Origin: the human T2T-CHM13v2.0 reference genome, Homo sapiens
Assembly (NCBI RefSeq): GCF_009914755.1
Contig: NC_060928.1
Strand: one strand, 5' to 3'
Length of the DNA: 64,000 bases
The notes beneath the pieces were generated by a model, which was not told the DNA's origin, did no database searches, and was given only the letters and a program-made list of their open reading frames with translations. Position numbers and translations under genes: made by a program. Within the stretch, counting starts at the first letter, position 1. Each line of letters starts with the position of its first letter. Shown here one piece after another: positions 1 to 14,709 of the stretch.

Positions 1-99
1 ACTTTCAAGTCACCTGGGCAAATGGTACTAACAGTACTGACAGAAGAAGGGGTGCTGCGTCCACTGCCACAGTCAATCCCGGAGGGAGTGCTGCATCCA
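1..99 (-). CDS. PDLIM3: PDLIM3 following exon, 5' part only (GCSTPSGIDCGSGRSTPSSVSTVSTICPGDLK), truncated by window edge
   Basis: Acceptor ACACAG|T at 100/99; phase-2 join to the 68-nt exon gives ...GRSSGCSTPS, as in the recalled protein. Confidence 0.95.
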
Positions 100-1964
100 C
101 TGTGTTAATGGATACACGTTACACAGAGATGGCACCGGGAGCCAGACAGTCCAGACAGAAGAACACAGAGAACACGTACAGAGAGGTTAAAAGGAATTGA
201 AGACAAAAGTGAGAGGTGAATTACATCAAAATAAAACCAAATCTTGATTTGTCACTAGAATTTATTTATAAAGGGAAGACGGTGAAAAATTCATGATTGA
301 AAAAAGTTTAATAAAATTAAAAGGTACAGGTGATACTGCATTTTTTGGCTCTGTTTCACTAGGCAATGTGTAAGTTGAGGGTTACATGTAGAAAAGTTGT
401 ATATGAAGTAGAAAAGATGCAGCTATCCTCACTTTTTAAAAATAGGCCAAAGACTTTAAAACTGGTCAATATCACAAGTGATGAAGGAAAATTACATTGG
501 CTGGACATCCTTTTACATTTCTGAAGTGCAACATTTAAAATTAAAGTTTTAGTGAACACTGAATATGCAGCATGAAGATGCAATCACATATTTGGGCTCA
601 ACATTTCAAAATCAGAAGTATATTTCAGTAATACGGTTGAACTTTAATTGAATAGTAATTGGTAACTTGTAGGTTTTATGGTACAGATTATGTTTTAAGG
701 CTATCTTGTAAATATTTTGTTACTATTTTAACATTTTCTATTTTTACTCTTTAGTTCTGTGAGGAGTATACTTTAAGACAATTGTTCAGTGGTTTAATAC
801 AAGCCCTAGAAAAAACCAATAAATGCTTATCACCTTGAAATTAATGATTAGAGGAGAAATAAGGTGGTGTTTCACTCTTTCGATGCTTATATTTCTTACA
901 TAGCTATTTTATGCACAATTTCAGAAGCACGCATCTATTCCCAGGCATATTTCCCTTTTCCTTTTAAAGATACATTTCAGGGACTTATTAAAACATCAAA
1001 GGCCAGTCATGCACATCGAAGAACTAGGGAGATTGTACATTCTATTTGGAAACTGGATAGGGGTCAGTTAACAACTGACATGCTAGTGACTAAAAAGTCC
1101 ATTTTTCCACATGCATGAGAGATACCAAGAGATTTTTGTAAAAAAAGCATAGTCATTTAAGACAAAGCAAAAAGAAATATTAGTATTAATGTAAATATTT
1201 ATCATACTTTCCAGTTAGTGTTGCTGTAAGCTCAAGACAGAGAATGGATGTATATGGTGTGTTTACCGCTAAGTCAAGATTGTCTCTGGTCTCAAGTATG
1301 GCCCCATATCTGCATTTACTCTCTAGAGGTATTAATGCTAACTTCAGCCCATATAAAGATAAGAAACCAAAAGGTATTGAGCAGTAACTTTCTCTACTCC
1401 AGCAATGTTGCAGCCGGATTAGTCTGGAGAACTCATGTCACTAAATGGGTTTAAATTTTTTTTTTTGGTCTTGTGCTATCCAGTTTAACTACCTACATAA
1501 CCTAAACCAGACAGGTGAATACCAGCTTGCTCCTTCACTTCCTGCCTTTTGAGAACCTATTGAAAACCCAATCTGTACATTGTTTAGATCACATACCAAA
1601 ATATCAAGTGGCCTATTCACCATTTTTGTACGATCTATAGTGACTCTTGAAATGGACTTCAGCTGGTAAAAGAATATGAGTACATTTTCAGTTGTAGTGC
1701 AGTTTAGTCAGGATCATGTGGATTTAACCTGAGTGTAATGAAGCTTATGAAATCAGTTTAGGGATTTGAAACACAGAGTTAAATCCTGGGAGACTTCGGC
1801 CTCCCAGTAATGAACCTACTCAACAAGCATTTATAACTACTCTCACCCTACTGTGTGCCAGACATAGTGCCCGTACTGGGTAGATAAACAATGATCAATT
1901 TAGAACTTTTACTTATGCCATGTTTTATAGCGGTTATTAGTAATATTTTTCTGCTATAAAAGCC

Positions 1965-2252
1965 ATGTATAACTTTTGACTCCTCCAAAACTTAACTACC
2001 AATAGCCTACTGTTGAACCGAAGTTTTACAGATAAACAGTCTATTAGCACACAAATAGACTACTACCTATGTGTATTGTATACATTCATGGCAAATCTTT
2101 TTCTTAATTTTTTTGATATTTCAAGGCTACCATTAGTGACTTTTTTCAAATTGTCGCAAATCTCCAAAAATTTTTCCAACATATTTATTGGAAAAAAAAT
2201 CCACATATAAGTGAACTTGCACAGTTCAAACCCGTGTTCTCAGGGTCAACAG
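1965..2252. mobile_element. Tigger2-family DNA transposon fragment
   Basis: TATAACTTTTGACTCC...CTACTGTTGA internal motif and terminal GTTCAAACCCGTGTT..AGGGTCAAC resemble the recalled Tigger2/MER8 consensus. Confidence 0.65.
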
Positions 2253-2904
2253 TATATGCATATGTGTGTACTATGTAATTTTAGTTAAACATGCATTCCC
2301 AGTTCCTTTATCAATCAGGCCCATGTCTATTAAATAAATGAGTAATGAACCCTAAGCAAACAAGAATGAACTTTTATAAATTTCTGGGCCAATTTAAAAA
2401 GATCTTTTAAACTGATCCTTTAAGTAAACGAGTTTTCATGGATTCCAGTCACTGTGGATATCACTGGGGATAGCACCGTGGGTCACCACGACCTGTTCCT
2501 GATGACCTGGAAAGGCAGGTGCTAATGAGATTTTCTGGGGTTGACTTAGTGACTTGGCAAGGCCACTTGTAAGGTTGATAACACACTCAATTACTTCATG
2601 CCCAGATACGTCATTTGACAGATTGCTAATTTCTCTGGGGTGTGTACAGACATTTTGGGGCATACTTCCGGAAGCAACTTGTCCAAAAACCACTCATAGG
2701 ATTGCATTTTATCATTTGGATCTAAAATACCTTACATATGTATTTAATTGTAGCTTTACCCTTAAAAATTTTACATATTTGTATATGAAAACACCAGTCT
2801 TTTAAAAGGCTTCAGTTATGATGAAATAATCAAAAGAACTATAGCTAATGGTAAAACCCCAGGGAAATTGAGCTGTTAACAATTTAGCATGTCCAACTTA
2901 CTAC

Positions 2905-3197
2905 TTTTTTTTTTTTTTGAGACAGTCTCACTCTGTTACCCATCTGGAGTGCAGTGGTGCAATCTTGGCTCACCGCAACCTCTGCCTCCAGCTTCAAGTG
3001 ATTCTCATGCCTCAGCCTCCTGAATAGCTGCAATTACAGGCATGTGCCACCATGCCCAGCTAATTTTTCTATTTTTAGTAGAGATGGGGTTTCATCACGT
3101 TGGCCAGGCTGGTCTCAAACTCCTGATCTCAGGTGATCTGCTCACCTGGGCCTCCCAAAGTTCTGGGACTACAAGTGTGAGCCGCCATGTCCAGCAC
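2905..3197 (-). mobile_element. Alu (S-type) with 18-bp TSD TAGCATGTCCAACTTACT
   Basis: Dimeric Alu in reverse with T-tail; TSD at 2885-2902 and 3198-3215. Confidence 0.95.
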
Positions 3198-3235
3198 TAG
3201 CATGTCCAACTTACTTTTGATTAAAGAAGTTCATT

Positions 3236-3460
3236 AACAGTGTAGTTACAGGGTGACTATAGTTAACAACAATTATTTGTATATTTCAAAATAACTAGAG
3301 GAGTGGATGTGGAATGTTCCAAAGCACAAAGAAAGTTACTGCTCGAGGTGATGGATACCCCCAATTACCCTGATTTGATCATTACATATTGTATGCATAT
3401 ATCAAAACAGCACACGTACCCCATAAACATGTACAAGTAGAATGCACCCGAAAAAAACTA
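3236..3460 (+). mobile_element. L1MA-type 3' end fragment
   Basis: GTGACTATAGTTAACAA...GGTGATGGATACCCC..TACCCTGATTTGATCATTACA typical of L1MA 3'UTR. Confidence 0.75.
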
Positions 3461-3472
3461 CATTTGTTTTAA

Positions 3473-3917
<445 letters not shown>

Positions 3918-5806
3918 TTATAATTCTTTAAGATTTGTGCACTGGCATCTGTTTTTTAAGCAAACCTTCTCATTTCTGTTTCTCTCCTTCTCTCTTCCAA
4001 ATTCAGCTACATTAAAAGGTGTGATCTTCAAATGACAACATTATGAGTGGCTTGCCATTATCCCTATGTTTAAGTTAAAATGAAAAATTTTTTTAAAAGG
4101 TGATTATATACCTAGGATTCTCTGACTTTCCTGACTTTTTATAAAATTAAATGTTATAGGTTTTTAGTAAAGGCAGGATATGTGTTACTCTAACGTATCA
4201 CTTTATTCAAGCCTTCTGAAGCCCCAGAGCTTGTGTGGGTGGACTCAGTCACACTAACCTGAAAAGAATGCAAGTGATTAATTTTACTATGCTTCTTTGG
4301 GAAGTTGTATATATTCAACAGTAAAATATCATATCCTTTTAACTTTAAATCCAGTGTTTTGTTATTGGGGTTGGGTTGGGGTGGGGAAGCTGTTGAAAGT
4401 GGAGAAACGGAAAAGATGCAGATGAGAACAGAGTATGAACGAGGGAACACATAGAGAGAAGCAGGAGAGGACACAGACCTGCCAGCATCGGGAGCGAGAC
4501 GGCTCTGGACTCTTCTTGCCACTTGCTTGGGAAATGTTGTGCACCCTCAGGATTTGATTCCTTTATCCAGTGAGCATTTATTGGGCATTTATTTTGTCTG
4601 TTTGTAGATGGTCGCTTATTGAGCATTTATTCTGTCTCATTTCTAGGTGCTGGGGGTATAATGTTGAGCCAGTCAGACCAGGCCCCTGCAGACACTGAGC
4701 TCACGTTCTAGGGGGGGGAAGATGTGTTTGCTCATGGTTGCCTTCTTAACGCCTTTCTCCTGCTCCTCTGGTCCAGGGCTCCTTTCTGGATCTGATATCA
4801 CAAGAATTGTCTGGCATATTTTGAGACAATCACCTGGCTCTGCCTGTAGCTTCCTGAAAGGTCTGGACATGGAAATCATACATAAGGGATGACCTGCTAT
4901 CCGCAGCTTATGACAGGAGTCATAAGCTCGGGTGTCTAGAGGGGCCAGGAGGTCACACATGTATGAAAATGGGCCGTGTCTCACACACTTAAGAGTGATG
5001 TGCATTTTGACAAGATGGTGAGTTTAAATGTTCTGTCTAAAGGCACTTAAATTCTTTTTTTTTTTTTAAACAAAAGAATTAAATAAAACATGCCTGTGAA
5101 ATAAATCCACCTATGGGCCATCAGTTTGCAACAGCTGCGGTAAATCATATTCAATGTTCCTGTCGGAATCAATCCGGTCTAACCACCAGCTTCCTTCCTG
5201 TGGGCTGACTGGCTTAGCTGAGGTCAGAAGGATGGAACAGAGGTTTCCTGAAGTCACTGTTTCCTGATTTGGCAATACAGGGCATTATTTTCTTTCCCCT
5301 TAGGTTGGAGTTCAATTTCTAGAGAAGATATTTGAAAAGGATGATCTGAAGATGATCAGTTTCTCTACTGAGAGACGAGAAGGAAGAGCTTGCTCCTTAT
5401 CATTCTGGCTTGTTCACCTGATTCCTTCCTCCTAACCGGGGCTGGTTTCCATGCTCGCTCCTGCTGGCAGGGCTTTCCTGACCTGGGATAGACATACTGA
5501 CTGCCCGACTCAAAGGTCACAGTGTTCTGGATGGGATCCCCAGAGCCTCAGGGGTGTTCGCTATAAATACACGTGGTGATTGCATACAATTTCACAGCTC
5601 TGTCATCTTGTCAATATTTACTCTTGGAAATGCAAGTTATTTGGCTTCTGTTCTCTGCCAAGTGAGTTTGTTTCTTTTTGCTTTTGAAATAAGCTTCGCA
5701 ATGAGAAAAGCCACTCCAAACATCTACCAGTTACTTTTCTTGATGATTAGTAAGAACTGATTTAAGAAGCATGCACTGCAAACTCCACAGTCTCAGCGCT
5801 TATGAC

Positions 5807-5874
5807 CTGCTTCGGCCCGGGATCACGAAAGGTTTGGGCCGAATATTATGCTTGTGTTCAAAGTAGTTCCCGTC
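5807..5874 (-). CDS. PDLIM3: PDLIM3 alternative exon (68 nt; DGNYFEHKHNIRPKPFVIPGRS), skeletal-muscle-type isoform
   Basis: Read manually; acceptor TTTTCACAG|GAC, donor AG|GTCATA; matches the recalled long ALP isoform. Confidence 0.95.
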
Positions 5875-6239
5875 CTGTGAAAACAAAGCGTTAAAAAGGC
5901 CCTCAGTGGAAGGCGGACACTGTTGCAGATAAGATTAAACGAACGATAGTTGTACAGGGAGGATCATTTACCACCAACTACTGTCATAACTAAGAAAGGC
6001 GATGACGGGACCAGGACGATGTCTTCTTTCCAACCATCTATCCGCTAAACGGTCAGGCACTGGCGGATTGGACCCCACAACAATTAGAACATGTTTTAGA
6101 TGCTTGTCTTTAAAAGAGAAATCTGATAGTGCCTTCAGGAAAGTAAAAATAAAACAGCAAGAGCTGGACTTTTGAAAAGAAAAGAAACCATGCTATCACT
6201 GTTAGGTACACTGTGGCCAGAACAGAGCCGGATACTTAC

Positions 6240-6427
6240 TTTTGAGGTGAGCTAGGAATGAGACCCCGCAGCTGTCCGTGAAGCGCATCTTGTATATTGC
6301 TAGTTGAATAGAGCCCAATTGGCGAGTTATAGGAAGCGCTCACTACCTGTCTTTTGTCATCAATGTTTGCAGCTGCAACAAAAGGCTGGGCCCTTCTGTT
6401 GTGCGCGGTACCAATGGGTTTGAATTC
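6240..6427 (-). CDS. PDLIM3: PDLIM3 alternative exon (188 nt; [16 protein letters not shown]...[10 protein letters not shown]...SSPQ), ZM motif, cardiac/smooth-muscle-type isoform
   Basis: Inside ORF 6236..6478; acceptor GTACAG|GAA, donor AA|GTAAGT; YNSPIGLYS is the ZASP-like motif. Confidence 0.96.
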
Positions 6428-7428
6428 CTGTACAATGGCAGACAAAATACACAGCCACACAGCGCACAAGAAAGCCATTAGTGAGCGAAACCAACAGCAT
6501 CACTACTGTTAATAAAGGCATCTTTACCCACGACGAGATTGACGGAAAGATTAGAGGAGGAGTTAGCCATAAACTTTTCCATGGTTTTCTCTGAGCTTTA
6601 CATGTGCTATATTCACCGATCAAATGTTAAGGTGAAAAGGAACTGACCTTATTTAACATATTATAAAATAATTTAAACATTGCACCTCTTATCTGCCCCT
6701 GACTTCTTCATCTATAGCTTTAAGAAATTCTAATGACTCATTTGAATACAGACATTTTGTGTCAGAAATGGGATTTTTGGCTTGAAAAATATACTTAACG
6801 TTTTCTCAAGTAGAATTTACATATGGTTTCTCTTCTATTGATACATTGATAAACTTTCCCCCATTTTGAGACATGAGGGAACAAAACAAGGAGAATGAGC
6901 ATTTACGAATAATTAGCTACACTGAATCATTTAAACTAAGCCAGGTAAAAACTCGTTTTTGAAAACACCTTTTAACAAAAAGTTCTTAACTTGGATTAAG
7001 CTATAATCTTAATTTTAGAAAACACAAGTGAAAGACTCTTTTTATGAAAGCGGGAATAACATATACAACCCCTCCCTTTATTGTAATGATTTCATATTGT
7101 GTGTTTGAAGACCTCTTCATGTTTACTCTAGTCCCCAAAAGATTAAAGTCAGTAATTCAGAGAGAGAAAATGTGTATGGTTCACAGGAGGATTTTCACTT
7201 TATTCCTTGGGAAAAGGACCAAACAGCAGAGTCCTCAACCCTGAGTTTGAAACATGTCTGAATGATCTAAAATCCTATAATTTTTTTTTTTAACGTGGGA
7301 ATCATGTTTTCCAGTTTTTGTACAGATTTATAATTTTGTAAAGCCTTTAAAACTTTTTTCTTCTAAGCAACAGAAGAAAACCAAAAGGGAATGCTCAATT
7401 ACAGGTCAGCTGATTCTCTTTCCAAATC

Positions 7429-7852
<424 letters not shown>

Positions 7853-8880
7853 TGAAATCGTACAAACATATATAATTATTTGAAATAATACTGGAAAGAG
7901 ATTATCATCTTTAAAACATTAAAAGATCCTGTAATATTTAGTTTTCTCCTTTTCATTTCAGATAAGTTGTGGGTTATGCTTTTCTGTTAGAAAACAGACT
8001 GTCAAAAACAAAAAGAAGAAAAAGGAGGAGGAAAGAAAAGAGAGTGTCTCTCTTCCCTAGGTGTAAGACCAGAGTTTTTCATAGAAGATTCTTGTGCCTG
8101 AGAATATGAACAACTTCCTGTAGGGACCCCAGCTACAAAACGCTTTCTTTCAGTTCTTCTGAGTATACTCCTTCTTCTACTATCTAGGCCTATTGGCAAA
8201 GCTCACTTAAAAAAACAAAAATTATGCCAGGGCAATGGGGTGCAGCTTCAAATCCTAGCCTAGGAGCCTTTGACTCCACCCACCCCAAATCTCAGGGGAT
8301 CTGAGAATCTGTGATGGGGTAAAGAACAGCATTTCTCTCACCAACCTTGGACAGCATATGTTAACAGCCTCCTGAACCCAAAAAGGAGGTCTGAGTTGAA
8401 TTCCATTTAGTCTATGATTTTGTAGTGTGATTGAGTTCGCTGATACCTTGTTCACTTAACTTTTTTCCTTCATAATAATGGCTCACAGCCAAGGAGTTGA
8501 TTAACATTATTGTAGCTGCTCTTAGGTAGAATGACCCAAACCATCAAATGTAGCTTTAGAAAAATGCCTAATCCTAGATCCTGTGAAAATGTGTGTAGCT
8601 AAACATTTATAAATGGTGCAATCTAATTGTTTTAGCTGATTTATTAGTGAATTTGGATTGGCTGAGTTTTGTGATTAACCAGTATAATTAGCCATTATTA
8701 TGGCATGAAAAACTAGAAATAATTGTAAGTAATGACAATGGCCATGATTCAAGCCTTTTTGATATGAGAGAAGACAGCACACTAATTGCCTAACTGCCTA
8801 GTTAAGTTTTGGTGGATTACAAGTCTCTCAGGCTAATTAAAGAATCAGGCAGTACTGAATCACTTAAGTTTTGTGGAGCT

Positions 8881-8918
<38 letters not shown>

Positions 8919-10796
8919 AAGTAAGGCCTGCCTTAAAGTCTTTGTAAATAGAATTGAATTAATAAAAACTAACATAATATAATGGCTTTATGGAAAATAC
9001 CTCTGCCCTTATTTCTTCTTAGCCTTAAGATGATAATTAAATATAGGTAGTGTTGTCCTGTAAATAAGGCAACTTCTCTGAAAATATTTGTGCATTAATA
9101 ATCTCTAGTAGAATTTCTAAATAGCAGCATGTAAGTTAATCAGCTCCAAGCAATTTCTTTGCAATTTTCGGTTTTGGTTACACATATATTGCAAAGATCA
9201 CAAATGTGTAATTTGTTAAAAAAAAAAACCAACAACCTCTATTTTACATTCAGATCATAAAAGGAAGTGTTTCTAATACAGGCTGCAAACATTTTTATTT
9301 AGGCTTTGCAAAGCATTAGTTTATGGGCTTTTAGAGTCATTCCAAAAAGCACAATGAAGTGTATACACCAAAGGTTTACCAAGAAATTTAAGTGGGGCAC
9401 TGAGGGGCAACATTCTATCCAAGGCTTACATCATTGTTGATGGTCAAATGTAATCAAAAGACAAAACCAATTAGAAGTCCGCTGTTCCACTTTAATTCAT
9501 TTTTATTTTTCCTGGAAAAATCACAAGTAACTGAAAATGCCAGTTAAAAAAGTGTATACAACAGTTAATATAGTCCAGCTCTTGTGTTTATTCTATCTAG
9601 AAAAAACCACCCAAATAATTCTTATTTCTTAGGAATTCAATATGTAATTATTCCCTTAATGGATACATTTAAAATTTTTATTTTAAATGTTAGAGGCTTA
9701 TATTAAGGAACAACATTTTGAATTAATGGAATGCTAGAGCTGCCCCAGTGAAAGCTAAGTAACTTGACAGAACTCTGCTGATGTTAAGAGGATCCAACCA
9801 TGGACAGCAGTCTCCCATGTCCTTGGAATGACCTCAGACATGACAGCAGTCAAAGGCTTCACCTTTCAACTTCTTACTTGGAGACTGCTCACAGATAAAG
9901 ATTCAGATAATCTTTATAATTCTGAACCATCTCCAACAGAAACAGTATGTTTGATTCATAGATATACACACATATATGTATACACATATATATTTATATA
10001 TAATATGTATACATATGTGTATATAAAATCAAATCATATATATATGAAAAAATGGTGGGCATATAAGAGAAACAAACTCTATGAAGTGATCTTATATTTG
10101 ATCAAGGCATGATGAAGAAATTATATTTCATCACGTTTGAAGTTTAGAATCACTTCCTCCTCATACTCACCCCTCAAATAAACAGTAAAGTCACCCTCAT
10201 CATCCTTTTTTCTCCAGTGAGCAGTTTCAAGTGTTTCCCATCTCTCACTGGGAAGAGCTTGAGGAAATGGTGACTATGAAAGCTTGTTTTATATGGGCTG
10301 CCTTCCAGTTACCAAAACACTTTTTATTTGTGAAAATAAAAATGACTTTATCCCACACTCTTCTTGACTGTGTATGTAAACTCTATTATCTTCTCTGGCA
10401 AGGATGCAATCCTTTTTATGGAAATGGAGACAGCTTTCTTCTTATTTAGATAAGAACCATTTTTGTTTCTGAAAGCATCTTTCTTGTATTGTGACAGGCA
10501 CAGTATACCTTTGAGTTGTTCCACTAACATTAAGCAAATATGAGGGTTATGGTTTGAGAATGTAAGCTTTGAAAAAGGACAAAGAGCTTCATTAACATAC
10601 TCTTAGTCAAGAGCAACACTTCGTACTAAAAAATGGACCATTTTGTCTCTTTTTGTACAGAAAAATAGAGAAAAATAGATTGTGTTCAGGATTGCATGGA
10701 AGGCATTTATTCAGGTGCTGGGAGTTGATCTAAACAACAACTGACGTGCCCTTTAAGCCTAAGATTCAAGTCTAAACTCAGAGAAACAAAACTTAG

Positions 10797-11130
<334 letters not shown>

Positions 11131-12455
11131 TAAAATCTAGATATTAAAATTTTATATCAACTATTCCTATAACCATATAAGAAAATGTCTCCTTAGCTTA
11201 AACCTATTCACAGGGAAAAAAAACCCCCAGAAATAAACATACTAATATTTAATATCTGTGGCTGGGCTTGGATGGTATAGTTTTTTCCCCAATAAGTAAG
11301 TGAGAAAGTGTATTTTATTCCAATGTCAAAGGTCACATAACTTACAATAAAAGTTTGACTTGGGTTGAGAAACAAAAACTCAAATTTCATATTGTTCCAT
11401 GGCCTTTTGCTATTCATCTGCAATGACATCCTGAAGCATGATAATATTAATGGCATTTGTTTCTCTAACTGACACGTATTTGCTGTCCAGAAGATTGCTG
11501 TATTTGCAGAGTTGTCATTTTGATAAAAAAGAAAAAGACATCTTTTTTGCACAGCTTTGTATTACTTAGAAAAACAAAAAACCCTATAACCATAGCTTAG
11601 CTTTTCTCTAGTCTCAGTCCACAAGTGAAACTCACTGTTTGACTTTTATCAGCACGTTTTGTTCTGGTTTACGCTAAAGGATTTTTGGATAGCAGGAGAT
11701 ACACTGCAATTTAGTTATTTTTGTGTAGGGAATGTCTGTCCTGAAGTACCAAGTTACATAAACTGGCCGTGCAGAAATCTGGCCTAAGAGTCTCATAAGG
11801 AGTAGAAATCCTTTGGTTCATTAGTAGAACTGAATTGTTCTTATCTTGGAGCATTTCAAACACCGGCCTCTTGGAGAGGATGTCAGTAAGAATTAGTCAT
11901 GACGCAAAGTCATGGAATGTTTCAAGGCTCCATCTGACTGGCTGCTATAGCCCTTAACCTAATCTCAACCTTAAAAAAAACAATTTAATCTCCTTTTTCT
12001 CATTTGTAGTATTGTAATGTAGAATGAGATCTGGGTGAAGACCTTGAAGGATTGAAATTCACAGTAACCGTAGATTGGAGACACCTGTTTCAAATGGTAG
12101 ACCTTATTTTTGCTTTGCTTTGTTTTAACAACTTAAACTCCTTAGATTACCTCACGGTCATTTCACAGAAGTCCATCATAAGAAATGAAAAAATAATAAG
12201 TGGACTCTAGATTTAGCCAAATTCTTTCTGATGGGAGCATATTTTGTCTTTCAACAAGATGTTCACATAGGAACACTTCTTTTTCTTGATGTAAGAAAAC
12301 ACGGATAATATAAATTAATCTCGGAGAGGAATGACAGACAACAGCTTCATAGGTGGCTTGTTCCAATTTTTCTATTTGTCTCTTCCTCCCCTTGGAAGGC
12401 ATCCCCATGATTTAAAAGGAAATACAATGTGTATCATTTGCTCTAAAACGCATAC

Positions 12456-12540
12456 CTGTGGTTCTGATTCTAAGTTGATTTTGAAAGGATGGGCTTTCCC
12501 ATCTTCAGATACTTGTGGAGACCATAAGTGAGTTTCTCCC
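12456..12540 (-). CDS. PDLIM3: PDLIM3 exon 3 (85 nt; [28 protein letters not shown])
   Basis: Inside ORF 12372..12599; acceptor ATTTCCAG|G, donor CAG|GTATGC; cumulative CDS 330 nt (phase 0). Confidence 0.97.
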
Positions 12541-12606
12541 CTGGAAATAAAATAAAATTTGTAAACTTCAAATTCTAATGGTACTTTCAGTTTTAGCATA
12601 CTTTAG

Positions 12607-13057
<451 letters not shown>

Positions 13058-14115
13058 TAAAAATTGCCTGGAGTACACTGCACAGTTTCTGGAGGAAGGA
13101 GGCCTGCAAGGCATGTGGGAAACAGGAGAGGGAGACTCTGCAGGCACACTCTGCAGATGACCACCAGGCAAGCTCCCTAGACCTCCCTACTTCCCTCCAG
13201 TCCTACTGAGGCCACTGCAGAAGACAGTGAGTGATCTGCCAGGTGGATGTGTTACTGGCATCAAGGAAATGTGCTTTGTCCAACCCTTCTCATGCATCTG
13301 CCTGGGACCTAGTGGCTCCTAAGGGACTGTGTGCTCAGCATGAACACAGGTTATGCATAGAGAGTGAAAGAATCTATTTCACCCCAAGGAAACAGCAGAT
13401 TGGTGGATTGATTGATCCTTCTGTACCACAGCACGGAAAACTGTGAGTACAATCATAACAGGATAAACACACACTAACAACCACTATAACAAATTATTAT
13501 TATCATGGTTCAGTTTTGGATCAGGGATCTGATGGCAAGAGATCAGGCTCAATTTCTTAGTGTTTTTGGGGGGTGGGGTCAGAAACATCTCAGTATTTCA
13601 CATGCCCACGTGCATATGCACTCTCACACCTGTAACATTCTTCTGGGCTGAATTCTGTACAAAACAGCCAATGGCAGACAGGATATTAGCAACCAGTTTT
13701 AATATAATTACAGTCAGGCAAGTCAAGAGATTATTTCAGGGGAATCTCTCCATTCCATTCCATTCCATTCCATTCTCTACCACACTGAGAACAGTGATAT
13801 AACTAGTTGTGTTGTTCAGTGTTTATGTGGCTAATAGTTCTATTTTCATAGTTAATTAACCGGGTTATTACTGGAACAAATTCTTTTAGCCTCTTTTATT
13901 ATTCTAACATTCCAGAGAATCCTTTTTAGAAATGATTTGTCAACAACTGCTAGATTGACTGACTTTAGTAAAGAATTAAGTAGCTAATATATAAAAAGTC
14001 AGCCAAAATACTAGGTCTGTGGCCCTCCTTGCTGGGAGGATGAAGTTATTTATAGTTCTGGTTCAGGTTCTCCTGCAAAACAGATCAGATTTAAGCACCA
14101 TTAGTTAAGAAGCAC

Positions 14116-14267
14116 CTGTCAATTTTGAGACACAGCTGGTGAGCTGCTGCTTTAATCCTGTCCTGCGCATCAGCATGAGTCATGGACTCTGTCCCAAAGC
14201 CGTCAATAGCCAGGATGACATCTCCAGGACACAGGTTGGCAGCTGCCGCCTTGCTTCCTGGTGTAAT
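14116..14267 (-). CDS. PDLIM3: PDLIM3 exon 2 (152 nt; [50 protein letters not shown])
   Basis: Read manually (absent from the ORF track); acceptor TTCTTCCAG|ATT, donor AG|GTGCTT; in frame with exon 1, completes the PDZ domain. Confidence 0.97.
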
Positions 14268-14709
14268 CTGGAAGAAATCATGGCACTATTTAAAAACCAA
14301 CATCCCGCAGTATCTTGAGTTTTGTGCCTGACATTTGTGTTTCAGCCTGGTAACATTTTAAATGTTTAATTGGGCAGAAAGACTGTAAATCTAACTAAAG
14401 ATAACTCTTAGTTGGTCAGTTGAGTTAGGTCTATTTTCTCATCCTGCTGAATGATTTTGTTTCTTACTAACCACATTTCATATCCTTGTATCTGTTACTC
14501 TCTTTTAAAACATCTTACATAATTCCCAGTGTGAATCATACATTTTTTTGTTTTAAAAAATTATTTTTTATTTTTCATCACCCAGAAGTCTCTATTTGGG
14601 AATAGAGTTTTACTATATTTAGGCATCTTTTACATTCAGGTTGAAACTGCTTTCAATCCAAATATAGCAATCCTTACTATTTATCATCTTTAAAATTCAC
14701 GTAAGAGGC

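Noticed and set aside
436-3078. MEF2-like matches (TTAAAAATAG at 436-445; CTATTTTTAG inside an Alu at 3069-3078)
   Set aside because: Expected by chance in AT-rich DNA, and the Alu linker is one base from the motif; no supporting cluster.
8691-10421. CArG-like CC(A/T)nGG sites
   Set aside because: Spacers are 7-8 W bases, not 6; my manual scan found no canonical SRF site.
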